DNA of 40,516 nucleotides from Neisseriaceae bacterium (GTDB lineage Bacteria; Pseudomonadota; Gammaproteobacteria; Burkholderiales; Neisseriaceae): NCBI GenBank assembly GCA_017645365.1, contig JAGCOT010000021.1, positions 1 to 40,516 of the forward strand, read 5' to 3'. Shown piece by piece: positions 38,588 to 40,516 of this stretch (position 1 is its first letter; each line of letters starts with the position of its first letter). The notes under the pieces were generated by a model. It saw only the letters and a program-made list of their open reading frames with translations, ran no database searches and was not told where the DNA came from. The position numbers and the translations under genes were made by a program.

Positions 38588-40360
38588 TCAAGTCTTTTGA
38601 CTTAATAAAAAATTCAATATATTTCTATCTTCCGCTGATAATGGCTGTTTTTTGGATTTTTCTGCCAACTCATTAATTTGCTGTTTGAAGAGTGCTTGTA
38701 ATAAACGCTGTATACCTTCGGCAAAAGCTTTTTCATCTTCTTCTGGAACGCCACTTAAATCAGCGTTTAAGCCCATTTGTTTTTGATTGAGCCGTCCCCA
38801 TAAATCGGAATATTCAAAGCGTAGATTTTCCCACAATTGAGCCGATGTTGGGGTGGTTTCTCGTTTTTTAATCAGTTCGGCGATTTGCATCAAATCCACA
38901 TAACTTACTGGCAAAACTAAATAATCAGGGAATTTTACATATGATGCCCATTGTGGATTTATCAATAACCATTGTGTTAATTTGTCCACTAAACTTTGAC
39001 TTTCAGGTTGCCTGAAACTTTGTTGTGGCAGTTGAATTGTTCGATAGGATTTGCGTTTGGATGGTAATGCCTGCCCAATAAGATAATGCAGTTCTTGCGT
39101 TTCAATCTTCGTGTGTTTTGCTAATTGTTCCATCATTAAATAACGCAATGCCTGTGCTTCTGTTCCTATCTTTTGCAGATATGGTTTCGCTAAATGCAAC
39201 AGTTGAGCACGCCCTTCATTGGTTTGTGTATTCACCTGTGATAAAAGTTCTTTTAACCAATAGTCTGATAAGGGGATAGCATCCTTTTTGAGTATTTCTT
39301 CAAATTTTTCAGCCCCATAAGCACGCACGAAACTGTCGGGATCGTGCTCCTTTGGCAAAAATAAAAAATGTATGGATTTGTTATCTTGCAAATAGGGTAG
39401 GGCGTTATCCAGTGCCCGCCAAGCGGCTTTGCGCCCAGCATCATCACCATCAAAACAAAAATAAATGGCATCGGTTTGGCGAAATAAGGTGCGAATATGT
39501 TCTGATGTGGTAGCGGTTCCTAATGCGGCAACGGCATAAGCAATATTGTGTTGAGCCAGAGCAACAACATCCATATAGCCTTCCACTACTAAAACGCAAC
39601 CCGCTTCTTTAATAGCAGAACGAGCCTCATATAAACCGTATAGATGATGCCCTTTGCTGAATAATGGAGTTTCTGGTGAATTCAAATATTTAGGCTTGCT
39701 GTCGTCTAAAACACGACCGCCAAAACCAATCACGCGACCTGTGTTGTCGATGATGGGAAACATAATTCGATCGCGAAAACGATCGTAAATTTTTCCTTCG
39801 TTTTCAGTCAGCATGCCTGTTTCTAAAAGGGGGGCATTGGGATAATCGTCAAAAATTGCCTGCAATGCTTGAAAATGATTAGGAACATATCCTAAACCAT
39901 AGCGTTGAATAATCGCTTGATTCAATCCGCGTTGTTGTAAATATTGTTGTGCTTTGGGTGATTGGAGTAATTGCTGCTGAAAAAATAGGGCACACTGCTT
40001 TAAAGTTTCTTCCAAAGACAAGCGTTTTTGTTTTTTCTCTGCTCGCTCTTGCGGGGTTTCCCGACCTGCTTGATGCGGAACAGAAAGCCCAATGCGATGG
40101 GCTAATTGTTCCACTGCTTCTACAAAATCCAAATGGGCATGTTCCATCAAAAAACCGATGGCTGTTCCATGTGCCCCACAGCCAAAACAATGATAAAACT
40201 GCTTGGTTGGAGAAACGGTAAATGAAGGCGTTTTTTCTTTATGAAAAGGACAACAAGCATGATAATTCGCTCCCGCTTTTTTGAGCGGAACATAAGCACC
40301 AATCAAATCGACAATGTCGATTCTGCTTAATAGCTCATCAATAAAATCAGAAGGAATCAT
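38588..40360 (-). CDS. dnaG: DNA primase DnaG
   Basis: 590 aa. Zinc ribbon CCPFHKEKTPSFTVSPTKQFYHCFGCGAHG and the TOPRIM block VVEGYMDV. Confidence 0.92.
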   Translation of the reverse strand: MIPSDFIDELLSRIDIVDLIGAYVPLKKAGANYHACCPFHKEKTPSFTVSPTKQFYHCFGCGAHGTAIGFLMEHAHLDFVEAVEQLAHRIGLSVPHQAGRETPQERAEKKQKRLSLEETLKQCALFFQQQLLQSPKAQQYLQQRGLNQAIIQRYGLGYVPNHFQALQAIFDDYPNAPLLETGMLTENEGKIYDRFRDRIMFPIIDNTGRVIGFGGRVLDDSKPKYLNSPETPLFSKGHHLYGLYEARSAIKEAGCVLVVEGYMDVVALAQHNIAYAVAALGTATTSEHIRTLFRQTDAIYFCFDGDDAGRKAAWRALDNALPYLQDNKSIHFLFLPKEHDPDSFVRAYGAEKFEEILKKDAIPLSDYWLKELLSQVNTQTNEGRAQLLHLAKPYLQKIGTEAQALRYLMMEQLAKHTKIETQELHYLIGQALPSKRKSYRTIQLPQQSFRQPESQSLVDKLTQWLLINPQWASYVKFPDYLVLPVSYVDLMQIAELIKKRETTPTSAQLWENLRFEYSDLWGRLNQKQMGLNADLSGVPEEDEKAFAEGIQRLLQALFKQQINELAEKSKKQPLSAEDRNILNFLLSQKT

Positions 40361-40383
40361 GCTTTAAAATTGAATAAAAAATT

Positions 40384-40516
40384 AGGGGCTGTATTAGATT
40401 AGCCCAAAAAATTGTTAAATTCCACACCATTTTCGCAATGTTTTGAGTTGCTGTTTTGGTGTCCCATAGTTAAATCTAAACTCACATTCTTTCAAGAAAA
40501 GTGGGAAAGATTTGCG
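40384..40516 (-). mobile_element. 3' end of a second, inverted copy of the same IS1595-family element, truncated by the window edge
   Basis: Perfect reverse complement of 8..140. It encodes the same transposase C-terminal tail on the minus strand (stop codon at 40415-40417). Confidence 0.8.

Overview
This 40.5-kb window is chromosomal DNA from a low-GC member of the Neisseriaceae. The assignment rests on a very dense DNA-uptake-sequence (DUS) signal: the core AGGCAGCCTGAA, usually embedded in the palindromic 15-mer TTCAGGC(A/T)GCCTGAA. I recall this core as the Kingella/Simonsiella-type dialect.

Most of the window is housekeeping: tamA-tamB, pcm, a Nudix hydrolase gene, acpS, uspA, ssrA (tmRNA), argG, pgeF, fabD, tal, obg, aroB, mscL, fabI, phoH, pheT, gshA, dnaB, yajC, rpoD and dnaG.

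Both window edges are identical, inverted 3' tails of an IS1595/IS1016-family element.

Accessory content:
- An NgoPII/HaeIII-type (GGCC) type II restriction-modification pair lies between fabD and tal. The whole window is strikingly poor in GGCC.
- An AT-rich, DUS-poor island (about 26.0-31.7 kb) lies between pheT and gshA. It carries a tightly coupled three-gene operon: an APC-family permease, a Cys-less AsnB-like PP-loop enzyme with a long unknown C-terminal region, and a stand-alone protein matching only the C-terminal half of KpsC (beta-Kdo transferase). A separate orphan 128-aa gene follows. This operon is my best candidate for an undescribed system.

Other oddities:
- A 58-residue Cys/His-rich insertion in transaldolase.
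- A roughly 160-aa lysine-rich, AT-hook-like repeat extension on RpoD.
- A five-unit tandem array of degenerate DUS hairpins between gshA and dnaB.
- A lipobox plus repeat extension on TamA.
- A zinc-ribbon tail on MscL.

All protein-family calls come from motif recognition by eye. No database search was run.
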